NCBI RefSeq assembly: GCF_006345805.1 | Contig: NC_042998.1 | Span: 77,004,001 to 77,068,000, forward strand | DNA from: Octopus sinensis | Taxonomy: Eukaryota | Direction: 5' to 3' | DNA: 64,000 bases | In this document: positions 51,942-64,000 of the stretch, piece after piece | Position numbering within the stretch: position 1 is the first letter of the stretch | Layout of the letters: each line of letters opens with the position of its first letter | Program-made: the position numbers and the translations under genes | The notes under the pieces: generated by a model | Told to the model about the DNA's origin: nothing | The model's database searches: none | What the model saw: the letters and a program-made list of their open reading frames with translations, nothing else

Positions 51942-53062
51942 ATTTTTCCCATGAGTCTCTGTTATCAGTGTGCGCATGTGTCATTGTATTGTGCAGTGAA
52001 GAAGATAGCCGGCAGTGTTTAGCCTGCCAAAAGAAGCTGCTGCAAGGTAAGACTTTATTCTCTTGGACCCAGTGAGGGTCGTTGTCTGTGTTTATATTTT
52101 TTTACAAACAAGGAATCCTCACTGGATTCAGGATGTTGGTCTACTTGCAGTTCAGCAATATGGTTCACATTAAATGAAAATTCTTTCTCCTTGTGAGAAG
52201 TATATTTATCCTTCAACCAAAAATTATCCTTCAACCAAAACTTTTTAACAGTGTATGTTTTTACTATTGGAAAGCTGAATTTCAACTGTTCGCATGAAAT
52301 GAAATTTTTTTCTCATTGTGTGAAATATACTTTGGTGACGTATCCTGCCACCAAAAGTCGTTCGCTGTTTGTAAATAGTGTGTATTTTACAACTACGTTG
52401 GAAAGCCGTATTTTAAGTGGAGCAGTCCAGGTTCTAGTTGAAGTACCATAGGGCTTGGAGTACCTGAATGCCCAGAAGATTTTTCGTTGTGTTTTTTTAG
52501 CTGTTTTCTTCTTCTATTGTGACTTTTTTAAATATTGAACTGTTTGCTTTTTTCTTCTTCCCTTTTGTTTCCTTTTGAATTTTCTCTTTCCTTTTTGTAA
52601 ACTATCGTTTTGGACTTTTTAATTTTTTACTTTATAACATGGCAAAAAAAATACGGATAATATTGTAGAGTGGAAGATTGTCCCACCTAAAGAATGGATC
52701 TGGCAGCAAGATGATAGGACGGTGGTGATTAGAACGTATTCAAAGGTTCTCGACACCATTACCATCTTCTCCAAGCAGATGATTGAGCAGGAGTTGGCGG
52801 AACATCTGCCAACCATTACGTATATCTCTAGGGGAGTCAAACATGCAACGGTTTGGTTGCTGTTTGATACCCCAGAGGAGGTTCGCAGTATTGCGAGCCA
52901 GCCCATTGAGGGTAAAGAAATTTTGTTTCTTCCCACTTATTGTGGGAAAAAATTGACGAGGGTTTGGGTCAGTGGTTTGCTACCGGGATTTGAACCCCAC
53001 TGGATAGAGAATACTATCCGTGAAGGTCTTGGTGGCAGCGGAGCCAGGCTCCTCTGTGTATG
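51942..53062 (+). mobile_element. SINE-targeted ORF1-only element, copy E (3'-truncated)
   Basis: Begins directly after the regenerated target. The 5' UTR aligns with A and B. ATG at 52639, then after a frameshift in an A8 run NTDNIVEWKIVPPKEW...HWIENTIREGLGG. Confidence 0.75.
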
Positions 53063-53194
53063 ATTATAGATTCCTTAATTCTTAAATTATCCAAATGTTT
53101 TTCATCGGACTCAGTTGTGACTGATATGCTATTGTCGGTGTTCCGGCATGTGTCTAGATGTTTTCTGAGGGATGAAGCTCTCGTGTTCAGATTT

Positions 53195-53645
53195 TATATA
53201 TATATGTTGTATATATGTATGTATATGTGTGTATATATATGTATGTATATGTATGTATATATATGTATGTATATGTGTGTATATATATGTATATGTGTAT
53301 ATATATATGTATGTATATATGTATATATATGTATGTATATATGTATATATATGTATGTATATATGTATATATATGTATGTATATATGTATATATATGTAT
53401 GTATATATGTATATATATGTATGTATATATGTGTATATATATGTATGTATATATGTGTATATATATGTATGTATATATGTGTATATATATGTATGTATAT
53501 ATGTGTATATATATGTATGTATATATGTGTATATATATGTATGTATATATGTGTATATATATGTATGCATATATGTGTATATATATGTATGCATATATGT
53601 ATATAAATATGTATGCATATATGTATATATATATATATGTATATC

Positions 53646-53694
<49 letters not shown>

Positions 53695-53785
53695 GTATGT
53701 ATATTTATACGTATATGAAAGAATGGAGTATATTTATACGTATATATGTATATATATATATTTGTGCGTGTGTGTGTGTGTGTAT
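53195..53785. repeat. Compound (TA)/(TATG) microsatellite
   Basis: ~600 bp of ATATGT/ATATAT units; the source of spurious YIYI ORFs. Confidence 0.95.
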
Positions 53786-54139
53786 AACAGCAATATGTTT
53801 CAAAAAGAAAATACAAACTACACGTGGAAAAGATATGGAGGAAGTAAGAAGTACATTGAATATCAAAACAATAATGGCTTTTCAATGAGAAGTAGCAATA
53901 AATATATACTAATAGATGAACTAAGGTAGAATTAAGAGGAATAAAAGTCATTATTTTGAATTGTTTAAGAGATTTAAGGTCATAACGGTATCTTCATTAC
54001 TGTTCCCTGGCTTTGAATGCGCCCCGACTACCAAACGGTGTTGGGATAATAAGTCCCCGAGTAAAAAGATAATTTGTAAGGGGCGTAAATAGTTCTGTAA
54101 GTGGTGCAATTAGAGTATATATATATGTATAAATATATA

Positions 54140-55800
54140 TATATACTTTGATACTTTGATAGGTTTCGGCCATTATTGGCCCAGGCCATGTCTAACTTAA
54201 TAGCACCACCTGGTGAAGTCTTTCAAGTCAGAATTTGGGCACTATGGCCCACTCAAGTAGAGAGTTATTGTTTACAGAGACATATCCGGGTGTAGGGGTT
54301 TTATCCGGGATTTCTTGAAGGAATCTGTCCAAGACTTCTTGAACCCTATAGGGTCAGTTTCTGTTTTAATGTGTTTTGTGTAATGTTAAAGAGAGCGGGG
54401 CCAATTGAGGTGAAATAATTGTGCCGTATTGTTGTTATGAGATGAGAGTGCGATTTTTGTTTTGGGCGGATGGCACGGGGCCCAAGCCTTGGATGTACCT
54501 TAAAGGTGATGCCAACATCATTTGGGCAATGCTGATGGAATATTTTCCACATCATGCAGATGATGTAGCACTCACGACGACGTTGGAGAGAATAAAGTTT
54601 TAGCTTTTCTAGTCGACCCCAATAGTCGAGGCCTGTCATGCCATCTATCTTTCTTGTGATTGCCCTTTGAGGTGCTTCAACTTTTATGATACTTTGTATT
54701 GTGTGGGGAGACCACAGTGGACAACAGTATTCAAGGTGGGGTCGGGCAAAAGTGAAGAAGAGAAGGATAATGGTGTGGATATCTCTCGACTGGAAACTTC
54801 TGAGAATCCAGGAACACATTCTGCGGGCCATGTTAACTTTGGTGTTTATATGAGTGGCCCAGCTTATGTTTTTGTCCACAATTACTCCCAAGTCTCTGAT
54901 GTTGTTGGACGCCGCGAGAGTTTCACCTGAAGGAAGGGAGTATGGGAGTTTCAGGGCATCCTCTTTTCCAAAGTGGATTAACTCAAATTTATCCTCGTTC
55001 AGCAGCATATTGTTTTTTTCTGCCCATTGGATAACAAGCCAGTAGATCTGACTGAAGGCATGTCCGGTCACTCGCCTCATTTATGACCTTCTGTAGCTTG
55101 GATCATCTGCAAAGATTTTATGTTGCTGTGCTTGATGATGTCATTGATGTCATTAATGTAGATGATGAAAAGAAGTGGCCCAGCACAGTGCCTTGCGGAA
55201 CGCCACTATGACTTTGGCTGGGCTTGATTTTACCCCTTCAACTACAACATGTTGAGATCTGTCTGTCAGGAAACACTTGATCCATTTCAGTAACTTTCCA
55301 GAGACACCAATGTTGGATAGTTTTTTCAATAGGATCTTGTGATCGACCCTGTCGAAGGCCTTACTGAAATCAAGGTAGATGACATCGGTGTTGGAGCCCT
55401 CTCCCAAAGCTCTCAAAATGTCATATAAGTGATGCAGGAGCTGCGTTAGGCGGTCCCTTCCATTACGGAACCCATGTTGGTTAGGATCAGCCGTCTGTTG
55501 CTTTCCAGAAATTGGGTATTCGAGATCTCACCACCCTCTCAAATACCTTGATGATATGAGAGGTGAGTGAGATCGGACGGTAGTTCACTGCAAGGGACTT
55601 GTTTCCCTTTTTGAAAACTGGGACAACAGACTGGGACAGAGGTTTTTTGGAATATAGCCAGAATCCAGTGAGTTTCTCCACAGATTAGCAAGGGGAGATG
55701 CAAGTTGGTGTCGACACACCTTCAGGACACAAGCAGGGAACCTATCGGGGCTACTACTGAATTGTGTTTTATTTCATTTATCGCCGCTAAGACATCAGGG
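54140..55800 (-). mobile_element. CR1-like LINE, 5'-truncated RT region with 3' tail
   Basis: VNYRPISLTSHIIKVFER, DVIYLDFSKAFDRVDH, RPHLEYCCPLWS and YSLQRRRE motifs; (TATCAAAG)n-like tail at ~54145-54165. Confidence 0.9.
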
Positions 55801-55865
55801 GCACTAAACGTTATGTCCAATATAGTGTGTTGGGGTTGACATCACTGATACAGCCCAGATCGGCC

Positions 55866-55936
<71 letters not shown>

Positions 55937-56116
55937 ATGTTATATAATATATATAAGTGTGATAAGTGTGGTGTGTGTATTGTGTGGTATAGATATGTAT
56001 AATATATAGGTACTTTATATGTATATATATATATATATACATAATACATATAGGTACTTATACATATGTATATATATATATATATATAATTACATATATA
56101 GGTACTTATACATATG

Positions 56117-56159
<43 letters not shown>

Positions 56160-56389
56160 TGTATATATATATATATATATGTACATATAGGTATATTTAC
56201 TTATTTAGATACATATGTATATATATAAATATATATATGTGTATTTATATATGTATATCTATCTATCTATAGATAGATATAGACATGTATAACGGGAAGC
56301 TTTATGAAAATGGACAAAAGACGAAGGCAGGTGGAAAACAAACAAACAATTGTATTAGTATGGCGCTCAGGAAATATAAATAAAACAAG

Positions 56390-56427
56390 TCTTTAACGTT
56401 TCGAGCCTACGCTCTTCAACAGAAAGA
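56390..56427 (-). ncRNA. Minimal type-I hammerhead ribozyme motif (variant core) in 3' terminal repeat
   Basis: The reverse strand reads TCTTT-CTGTTGA-A-GAG-CGTAGG-CTC-GAAA-CGTT-AAAGA: 5-bp stem I, 3-bp stem II and a palindromic ACGT stem III. Confidence 0.6.
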
Positions 56428-56591
56428 TACACAGAGAGAAAAAAAAACACAGAAAGAAGGAGAGAAAAAAAATGCGTGCAGTAACTAACGAATCAACATG
56501 GCGATCTGGTCAAAGATCAAACATGAGACGCGAGAGCGAAATAAGGGGAGATAATAGGGTGGATAATAGGGTTGAATGACCAGCTCCAACA

Positions 56592-56955
56592 TAAGGGTGT
56601 GTGTGTGTGTATGAGAGAGTATTAGTGCGTATGAGAGGTCTGGACGTGTGTATGTATAGGGTTGGTGTATGTATTAGTATGTATTAGTATGTATAGGGTG
56701 TGTGTGTGTGTGTGTGTATGAGAGAGTATTAGTGCGTATGAGAGGTCTGGACGTGTGTATGTATAGGGTTGGTGTATGTATTAGTATGTATTAGTATGTA
56801 TTAGTACGTATTAGTATGTATAAGGGTGTGTGTGTGTGGGTGTATGAGAGAGTATAAGTGCGTAGAGAGGAGAGGTCTGGACGTGTGTATGTATAGGGTT
56901 GGTGTATGTATAGTATGTATTAGTATGTATTAGTACGTATTAGTATGTATTAGTT
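56592..56955. repeat. Three ~100-130-bp tandem units in PLE 3' region
   Basis: Repeated AGGGTGTGTG...GAGAGGTCTGGACGTGTGTATGTATAGGGTTGGTGTATGTATTAG. Confidence 0.85.
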
Positions 56956-57369
56956 GGTGTATGTATTAGTATGGCACATCATATATGATGTGATGTGTAA
57001 AGTCGTGTGGTGTAGTGTGGAGAGAGGAGAGAGGGGGGGGGAGAGGGGGATAGAGAGGGGGGATAAGGAAGGGGAGGAGGAGGGAGGAGGAGGGGAGGGG
57101 GGGAGGAGGGAGGGGAGGAGGAGGGGAGGAGGAGGGGGAGGAGGGAGGGGAGGGGAGGAGGGAGGAGGAAGGAGGAAAGAGGGAGAGGGGGAAGAGAAGG
57201 GGAGTGAGGAGCAGAGGACGGGGAAGAGGAAAGAGGGAAGGAGGGAGGGAGAAAGAGGGAAGAAGGGAAGGGGAGTAGGGGTTGAAAGGATGAAGGACTG
57301 AAGAAGTAGGGGTCGGGGGGGAAAGGTAGGTGAGAGGAGGGGGAGAGGGGGTTAGATGAGGAGGGGAGA

Positions 57370-60262
57370 GTTGGACCAAATGGCGTATAAGAGCGAAGAG
57401 AGAAGATTAATTCCTGTTCACGGCGCAAACGGGAATCCGGATGGCCTCTGTGTAAGGACAAACCGAACACAGATAGGTGTTGCAAGGAGTGACCGGTGGA
57501 GCGGAAATGGCGTGAGACCGGTGTGTCGTCGCAAGGGGATGTCACGAAGGTGTTCCGCGAACCGGTCAGTCAAGCGGCGTCCCGTTTGTCCGATGTACAA
57601 GGAATGGCAGAGAGAGCAAGAGACGCAATAGATAATATTGCTGGAGGTGCAGGTGAAGGAGTGGATGATGGGATAGGGTCGATGATGGGTGCTAGTGAGG
57701 AGGGTGGTGTTGGAGAGGTAAGGGCAAGTGCGGCAACGTGGGCGGGAGCAGGGGAACGAGGCGGGTTGGGAGGTAGGGTCAGGGAAGGAGCTATGGACCA
57801 AAAGGTCTCGAAGGTTGTGGGCTCGTTTGAAAGAGGGGAGAGGTCGGTTAGGGAAGAGGTGTGAAGTGGACGGGTCGGATCGGAGATGACGGAAAGCTCG
57901 AAGAATGGTGCGTTGGAGAGGTAGGGTCGTGGGGTGGTAAGTGAGGGGGAAAGGGAGGCGGGAGACTAAAGGGTGGGTTCGGGGAGAGAGAGCAGATACA
58001 CGGTCCACGGACCGTGCTCTAGCAAGGGCGGTGTGGATAGTGGTGAGGGGGTATCCACGTAGGGTGAAGTGGTGAGCCATACGTTGAGACTGAGTCTCAA
58101 AGTCATGGTCGTCACTACAGAGCCTACGTAGACGGAGGAATTGGGAATAGGGGATGGAAAGCTTGGTGTGTTCTGGGTGGGAGGAAGAGAAGTTGAGGTA
58201 TGAGTGTGAGTCTGTGTGTTTGTAGTGAATGGAGGTAGTAAGAGTGGAGTGAAGAATGCTAACCGAAATGTCGAGGAAGGAGACAGAGGTGTTGGAGATA
58301 GTGGAAGTGAAGTGGAGGGCTGGATGGAAAGATTGGACGAAAGAGAGGAAGGAATCTAGATGTTCACGGGAGAGTGAGGTGGCACCGATAATGTCGTCAA
58401 TGTAACGACCATATAGTTCAGAAGTGGGACCAGTGAAATTAGAGAATATTTGGGCCTCAATATAGCCAACGAACAGGTTCGCATAGTTGGGGCCCATTCG
58501 CGTTCCCATGGCCACTCCCGAAATCTGATGGTAGAACTCGCCCGCGAACGAGAAGCAGTTCAGAGTAAGGACAAGTTCGGCCAGACGAATGAGTGTGGAG
58601 GTGTCAGGTACAGGGTTGAAGCGGAGGTCAAGAAAGTGTCGAAGGGCCTGCAGTCCTGTGGTGAGGGATAACAGTATAGAGGCTTTGGATGACCATAGTA
58701 AAAAGGATTTTGGAGGAGCCGGGAGGAAAGGAGAAAGAGTTGAAAAGCCGGAGAGCATGGTTGGTATCGTGGATGTGGGAGGGAAGAGATGCCACTAGGG
58801 GAACAAGGACACGGTCGAGGTATTTAGAGATGAGCTCCGTGGGGCAGTTACAGGCGGAGACAATGGGGCGGCCAGGGTTGTTGGGTTTGTGGATTTTGGG
58901 GAGGAAGTAAATGGTGGGGGTACGTGGGGTTCGCACAATTAGGTTGGATGCGGTGTGGGGGAGACGGGAGGACGAGATGAAGTCGCGGACAGTAGAGGAT
59001 ACCGTCTGTTGGTAGCTACGTGTGGGGTTAGAGGGCAGAGGGGAGTAGAAGGAGGTGTCATTGAGTTGGCGGAAAGCCTCGGCCCTATAGAGGTCCGCGC
59101 GCCACACCACTACAGCTCCACCCTTGTCAGCCGGTTTGATGATAATGTCAGCGCGCCGTTGGAGGGAACGAAGAGCCAAGAGCTCAGCCGGGGAGATGTT
59201 GAGGTGTCGTTGGCGCCTGGAGAAGTTGAACCGCTCCAATGCACGCTGACAAGCGCCCGCGAAAAGATCCACTGCTAGGAACTGGCCAGGGGCAGGCGTC
59301 CACGGGGATGGTCGGCGGCCCAGGCCAGTGAAGCAGTCCTCTTCGTTGGGTGTGGGTGGCGAGTCGTGGTAATGCGCACCCAACCGGACGCGGCGCACAA
59401 AGCTGTGGACATCAACTCGCGTCTGGAATTCCTTACAGGATGGAGTGAGGAGGATGAAACGCAGACCCCTACCAAGGACGGAGCGTTCAGCCGCAGAGAG
59501 GGGAAGATCGGGGGGAATGGTAACAACAGACGGAAGTAGAGAAGGGGTGGGTGGAATAGAAGTAGGAGGGGTGGTAGGTCTCGGGGAGGTCTGAGGGGGA
59601 GGTCGGAGGGGGAGGGATTGGGGAGGTGTATGGGGGTGGTTTGGGGGGGAAGTAGGGTTAGGTGTAGGTGGATGGAGCCTATCAGGAGGGGAGAAGGGGT
59701 TGTAGGGAGGGGCAGTGGGGTTAGGTATGGGTGGATGGAGCCTATCGGGAGAGGAGAAGGGTAGTGGAGGAGTTGGGGTAGTGGCGTCGGGTAGGGTGGA
59801 ATGGAAGAGTGATTGGAGTTTACGAAGTTTGGTATCAGAAAGAAATTGATGGAAGAGTTGATTCAAATGGATAATGAAGTGTAGCGTGTTTGGAGCATAG
59901 AGAGGCGGCAGAGAGGAGAAGAATGTGGAGAAAGCAGGAGGAAGAAGGCGGTTGATGGTATGTAGTTTAGAGAGATTGGAGCGAATGGTGGCCCGCATAA
60001 GGCGGTAAGATGTGGTGCGGAGTATGGGTAAGATGGAAGAATCCGAGTGGAGAGCAGGGTGGAAGTGGAGGCGGAAACCTTTAGGGATGAGTCGGTGATG
60101 TAGGCAGCGGCTTAGGAAATAGACATGGCTAGAGAAGCGGGTTGTTTTTAAAAGAAGTAGAGAGAGATTAACGGACGGCTGAAGGCAGTATACGGGAAGT
60201 TAACGGAGATGATCCTTCAAACGATGATGGAGGGTGAGGAGGTAGGACCTAGGATCCGGCAT
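57370..60262 (-). pseudogene. Penelope-like RT / GIY-YIG endonuclease polyprotein (frameshifted)
   Basis: N-terminal HVYFLSRCLHHRLIPKGF; RT motifs FLPKIHK, GRPIVS, GVAMGTRMGPNYA and YIDD; GIY-YIG motif IIYCVSCSLCHSLYIGQTGRRL...RFAEH. Frameshift near 58630-58760. Confidence 0.9.
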
Positions 60263-60997
60263 GATGGGATAGCGGAAAAAACAAACGTTCGAAAAAACAA
60301 AAAAAAAACAAAAAACAAAAAACAGAAAATTATCGTATGAAAAAAATAGATAAAAAAGGATAGCGAAAAAAAAGGGGAAAAAACAAACGTTAAAAAAAAA
60401 ACAAAAAATAATAATCGTATGAAAAAACTAGATAAGTAAGCGATAGGGGCAGAAAAGACGGGGCAAACGGAAAAGGGAAAGAAAGAAGGGAAGCAGAGAG
60501 AGGGGGAGGCAAAAAAAGGGGGGCAGGCAGAGGAAACAGAGTATGGACATCCAGAGAGGGAAGAAAGACGGAAAGGAGAACAAAAATGCAGGAAACTGTG
60601 GAAAGCATGAAATGAATGTAAAAAAGTGGTAATATATGAGAAAATAAAAATACAACAAACGGGACAGTTTATGCGAACAAGTTCAAGGTTGAAAGTTCAA
60701 GGTTAGAAATGTGTAGACGTCGTGGTATATTTTTTAAGGATTTCACATCAATAACAAAGTCACTTTGATCCGCGAAAGAGAGGTGCAGCCAATGGTAAGT
60801 ATCCAAGAGGTAAAGAAAATCCAAGGTAGAGGTAAGTGTTGATAGTGGTATTGGTAGAATATAGGATGAAAGTGAGACCACGTGAGCGCATAATATATAA
60901 CGGGAAGCTTTATGAAAATAGACAAAAGACGAAGGCAGGTGGAAAACAAACAAACAATTGTATTAGTATGGCGCTCAGGAAATATAAATAAAACAAG

Positions 60998-61035
60998 TCT
61001 TTAACGTTTCGAGCCTACACTCTTCAACAGAAAGA
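60998..61035 (-). ncRNA. Minimal type-I hammerhead ribozyme motif in 5' terminal repeat
   Basis: Same as 56390-56427 except for one change in loop II (TGTAGG). Confidence 0.6.
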
Positions 61036-61159
61036 TACACAGATATGGATATGTCTATATATATATTTAAATATATATATATATATATATGTCTATATAT
61101 ATATTTAAATATATATATATATGTATATATAGATATGTACATATACAAATTTATATCTA

Positions 61160-62100
61160 AATCCTTAAATCCTTAAATCCTTAAAAATACTTCAGCCCGA
61201 AGGCTGCGGCCATTCTGGGGCACCACCGTTGAATGAGCTACACTAGTATGTGAAATCATCTCTGATACGTGGCATTTGATCAACAAGGGAGATCGACGCC
61301 GCTGCCCGCATCTGTGTTTCCTGCCGAGAGGTAGGTTCATCTGGAACCCCTGACAAGAAGTAATCCAGTTTAGTTTTAAAGAAACCCGCATCCGCACCAT
61401 GCAGGTCTCTCAGGCATTTAGGAAGGATATAGAAGAGCTGTGGTCCCCTGAAATCCGAGCTGTTGCAGTATTTGGTCCTGTATTTTGATGGTAATGTTGG
61501 GATCTTTGGCACCATGCAGTGGTGCCCTGTTCTGCTGTTGGGGTATCTTTCAATACCAAAATTCGGGACAAGACCCTCCAGGATTTTCCAGATGTATATC
61601 ACTGCATATCTCTCCCGCCTTCGCTCCAGGGAGAAGAATTTTAATACTTTCAGTCTGTCCCAGTAGCTGATATGCTGCATTGAGACAATCTTCTTAGTGT
61701 AGCTTTGTTGGATTATTCGAGTTCTGCTGTTAACTTTATATTGTGTGGTGACCATAGTTGGGAGCAGTAGTCTAAGAGGCTGAGGACGAATGTCTTCCAA
61801 AGGACCATCAGTGTCTCCTTCTCTCTTGTTCTGAAAGTTTGGAGAATCCATCCAGCTAGCCGTCTGCATTTTATTACCAAATTTGTAATATGCACTTGGA
61901 AAGATGCATCATTGCTCATGTCAATGCCCAAGTCACGCACTGATTTTGACTCAGGAATTACAATTCTTCCCGGGCCAGTGTATCCAGTCTGCATGTCGTT
62001 TACCTTTGTGTGCCGGTAGCGCAGGGCTTGGAACTTCCTTGCATTAAACAGCTTCTCTATTGACATTTTAGCCTTTCCATGAGTAGGAGTACTTCGAAGT
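61160..62100 (-). mobile_element. CR1-like LINE 3' fragment (different subfamily)
   Basis: LDYCSQLWSP and FSLERRRERYAVIYIWKIL motifs; 3' stem-loop and (TTTAAGGA)n tail at ~61160-61185. Confidence 0.85.
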
Positions 62101-63124
62101 TTTTATGTGTTCTTGTCTTGCTAAATTACTGAGATCACGTGCGCACTAGTTTTGCCGAAGATTAGACATGTATCTGCAGGGTATGTGATAGGAATTTGTG
62201 ATTGCAAATTGTGAGAACATGAAATATAAGATGAACTTTGAAGGACATCCTGTGGGAATATTCAATGTGTGTATAACTGATGCTAATGTATGATAACAGA
62301 GTGTTGGAAGTCATAGAAGCAAATATTTTACTAGCGTTGATGATGATTGTCAGTCGAATATTGATATGTAGAAATGAAGGAATTTTACATCCCTTGGAAA
62401 TATGTTAGAGAATCAACCGAAGTGGGAAAGAACACATGACATAACTTGAATGTTTTTGTTCTATTAATGTGTATATTGAGATGCAGAGGAATAAAACCAA
62501 GTAGTAGTTTCCTAAAATGGAAACTACCAAAATTTAAATGTAAATAATGATATATTCGTCGTCGCTCAGTGACAATCTATATTTGTAGTTTTGGTCTCTC
62601 TGTTGAGTGTCTCCAGACCTAACCATACGACAACAATAGCAGTGGAATATGCTTATACCATTTATTACGTTATTAAAAAGGAAAGTGGGGATTATAGCCT
62701 AAATTGATACATATTACCTTCCTGTTAATATAAGAGATTTAGTCAAATGCTGACGGTAATTACGTGCTATTTACTGTAATTACCAAGCGTGAGTAACTTC
62801 AGGAAGTTGTCCTGCTACCGTGAGATCATATTGCGAGAAATTATTCGTACATCGTTAAGGTATAAGTCTTATTGTAATTTACTAAATTTGACAAATTCCG
62901 TGCGCGTAGGATATAAACCAATACAATTTTGCATATCTCGGCAGAATATAAAATATTCATAGGTTCTCCGAAATGGGTTTTAGTGTACATCCATATGTCT
63001 TCGTGTCGGTATAATTGGACAATGTGGTTCATGTGGAAAATGAATTTTCTTGGATTCAGTATGTTCTTAAATAACTGATGGTCATGGGGATATAATGCTT
63101 AGTGATATACGAAGCATTGAAAAT

Positions 63125-63250
63125 TAAATGTTCAGAAACAAGCGAATTATCTACGCATGTATGTATACATGCACGCATGTATGTATTTATGTATATATAT
63201 ATATATACATACATAGATGAATACATAATTCGCTTGTTTCTGAACGTTTA
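63125..63250. repeat. Short inverted repeat with perfect 21-bp arms
   Basis: GTTCAGAAACAAGCGAATTAT (63130-63150) and ATAATTCGCTTGTTTCTGAAC (63225-63245) enclose a 74-nt microsatellite-like spacer. Confidence 0.9.
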
Positions 63251-64000
63251 GTTCGGCAGGAATACTCAAAGACGAAGACTAAGTGCTATCACAGGGTCCA
63301 GAATCACGTGATATGAGTACGTCTACAACATATTTGCGATTTCTACTGGCTATTGTTAAGATGGCTTCTATATACTCGTTTCCACGAATTCAGACGTGTG
63401 TATATAAGTGGTTTACTGTGGTTTTTGAGCCATTTGATTCCTATTTCTAGCAATGCTGTGTACCATGCTTGTACCCGGATTATATATATATATATATATA
63501 AGTGAAATAAAACAATAATTATATTCTTTTGGCATCTTGATATAGATGATAATGATGATGGTGTGTTTAAAGTACACGCCACATAGAAAGCCTATATTTA
63601 CCAAAACACATGTCGGTGAGGGACGTATTATGCTAGAAACCTATTACAAAATATTCCCTGTAGGGATACTAAAACTAACGTGAAATAATTTCGGAAAATT
63701 AATATGAATAATCACGAAATGTTAGTATACAAAATAAAGGATTGCTACGTTTCAAGGATGTTTACAAATACAAAACAGAAGTTCCAATAACAGATAACTC
63801 GGGAGAAAACTAAGAAACAACAACAGGTATGGTGAAAAGGCTAAAAATCTAAAACTACAATTGTATGTATGTATATATGTGTGTGTGTGTGCGTGTGTGT
63901 GTGAGCGCATATATATGTGTGTATGTATATGTATATACATGTGTGTATGTATATGTATAAATGCATGTATATTTTCGTTTTATTTACTGATTGATCTTTT

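Larger units (their letters stand above)
56288..61043 (-). mobile_element. Penelope-like element, near full length (~4.76 kb), with 148-bp direct terminal repeats
   Basis: Direct repeats at 56288-56435 and 60896-61043 (2 differences seen) flank an RT + GIY-YIG ORF. Confidence 0.9.

Noticed and set aside
49780-53062. Interpretation of the gag-like ORFs as LTR-retrotransposon remnants
   Set aside because: No LTR pairs, TG...CA termini, PBS, PPT or pol sequence. Ends are AATAAA plus a 11-15-bp target duplication.
53060-53951. Long ORFs (289, 254, 167, 144 aa) rich in Y/I/M/C/V
   Set aside because: They are translations of a compound TA/TATG microsatellite. The same applies to the YIYI and THTH ORFs throughout the window.
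56954-57545. G/E/R-rich and P/S/L-rich ORFs
   Set aside because: Low-complexity purine tract in the Penelope 3' region; only the part overlapping the GIY-YIG C-terminus is meaningful.

Overview
AT-rich, microsatellite-dense eukaryotic DNA with no recognisable host protein-coding gene. The SINE/LINE repertoire looks like an octopus (coleoid cephalopod) genome; this is inferred from recalled repeat families, not from a search. The window is mostly mobile DNA: four decayed CR1-like LINE fragments, an RTE-like 3' end, a near full-length Penelope-like element (RT + GIY-YIG) with hammerhead-bearing terminal repeats, three Tc1/mariner relics, MITEs, Helitron-like non-autonomous elements and two tRNA-derived SINE families. 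The main discovery is a family of 1.5-2.2 kb elements that encode only a gag/ORF1-like protein (RRM-like region, one CCHC knuckle, charged linker, unidentified conserved C-terminal domain) and no reverse transcriptase. They sit at one exact site (AAGTAGCTTGCTTAC, between the A and B boxes) of a tRNA-derived SINE, duplicate that site, and stack head-to-tail (17.5-20.8 kb, 26.1-27.3 kb, 49.8-53.1 kb). Their 3' UTR carries a covarying hairpin and a motif that is the reverse complement of the target. Boundaries of decayed elements are approximate (tens of bp) and identities are estimated by eye.
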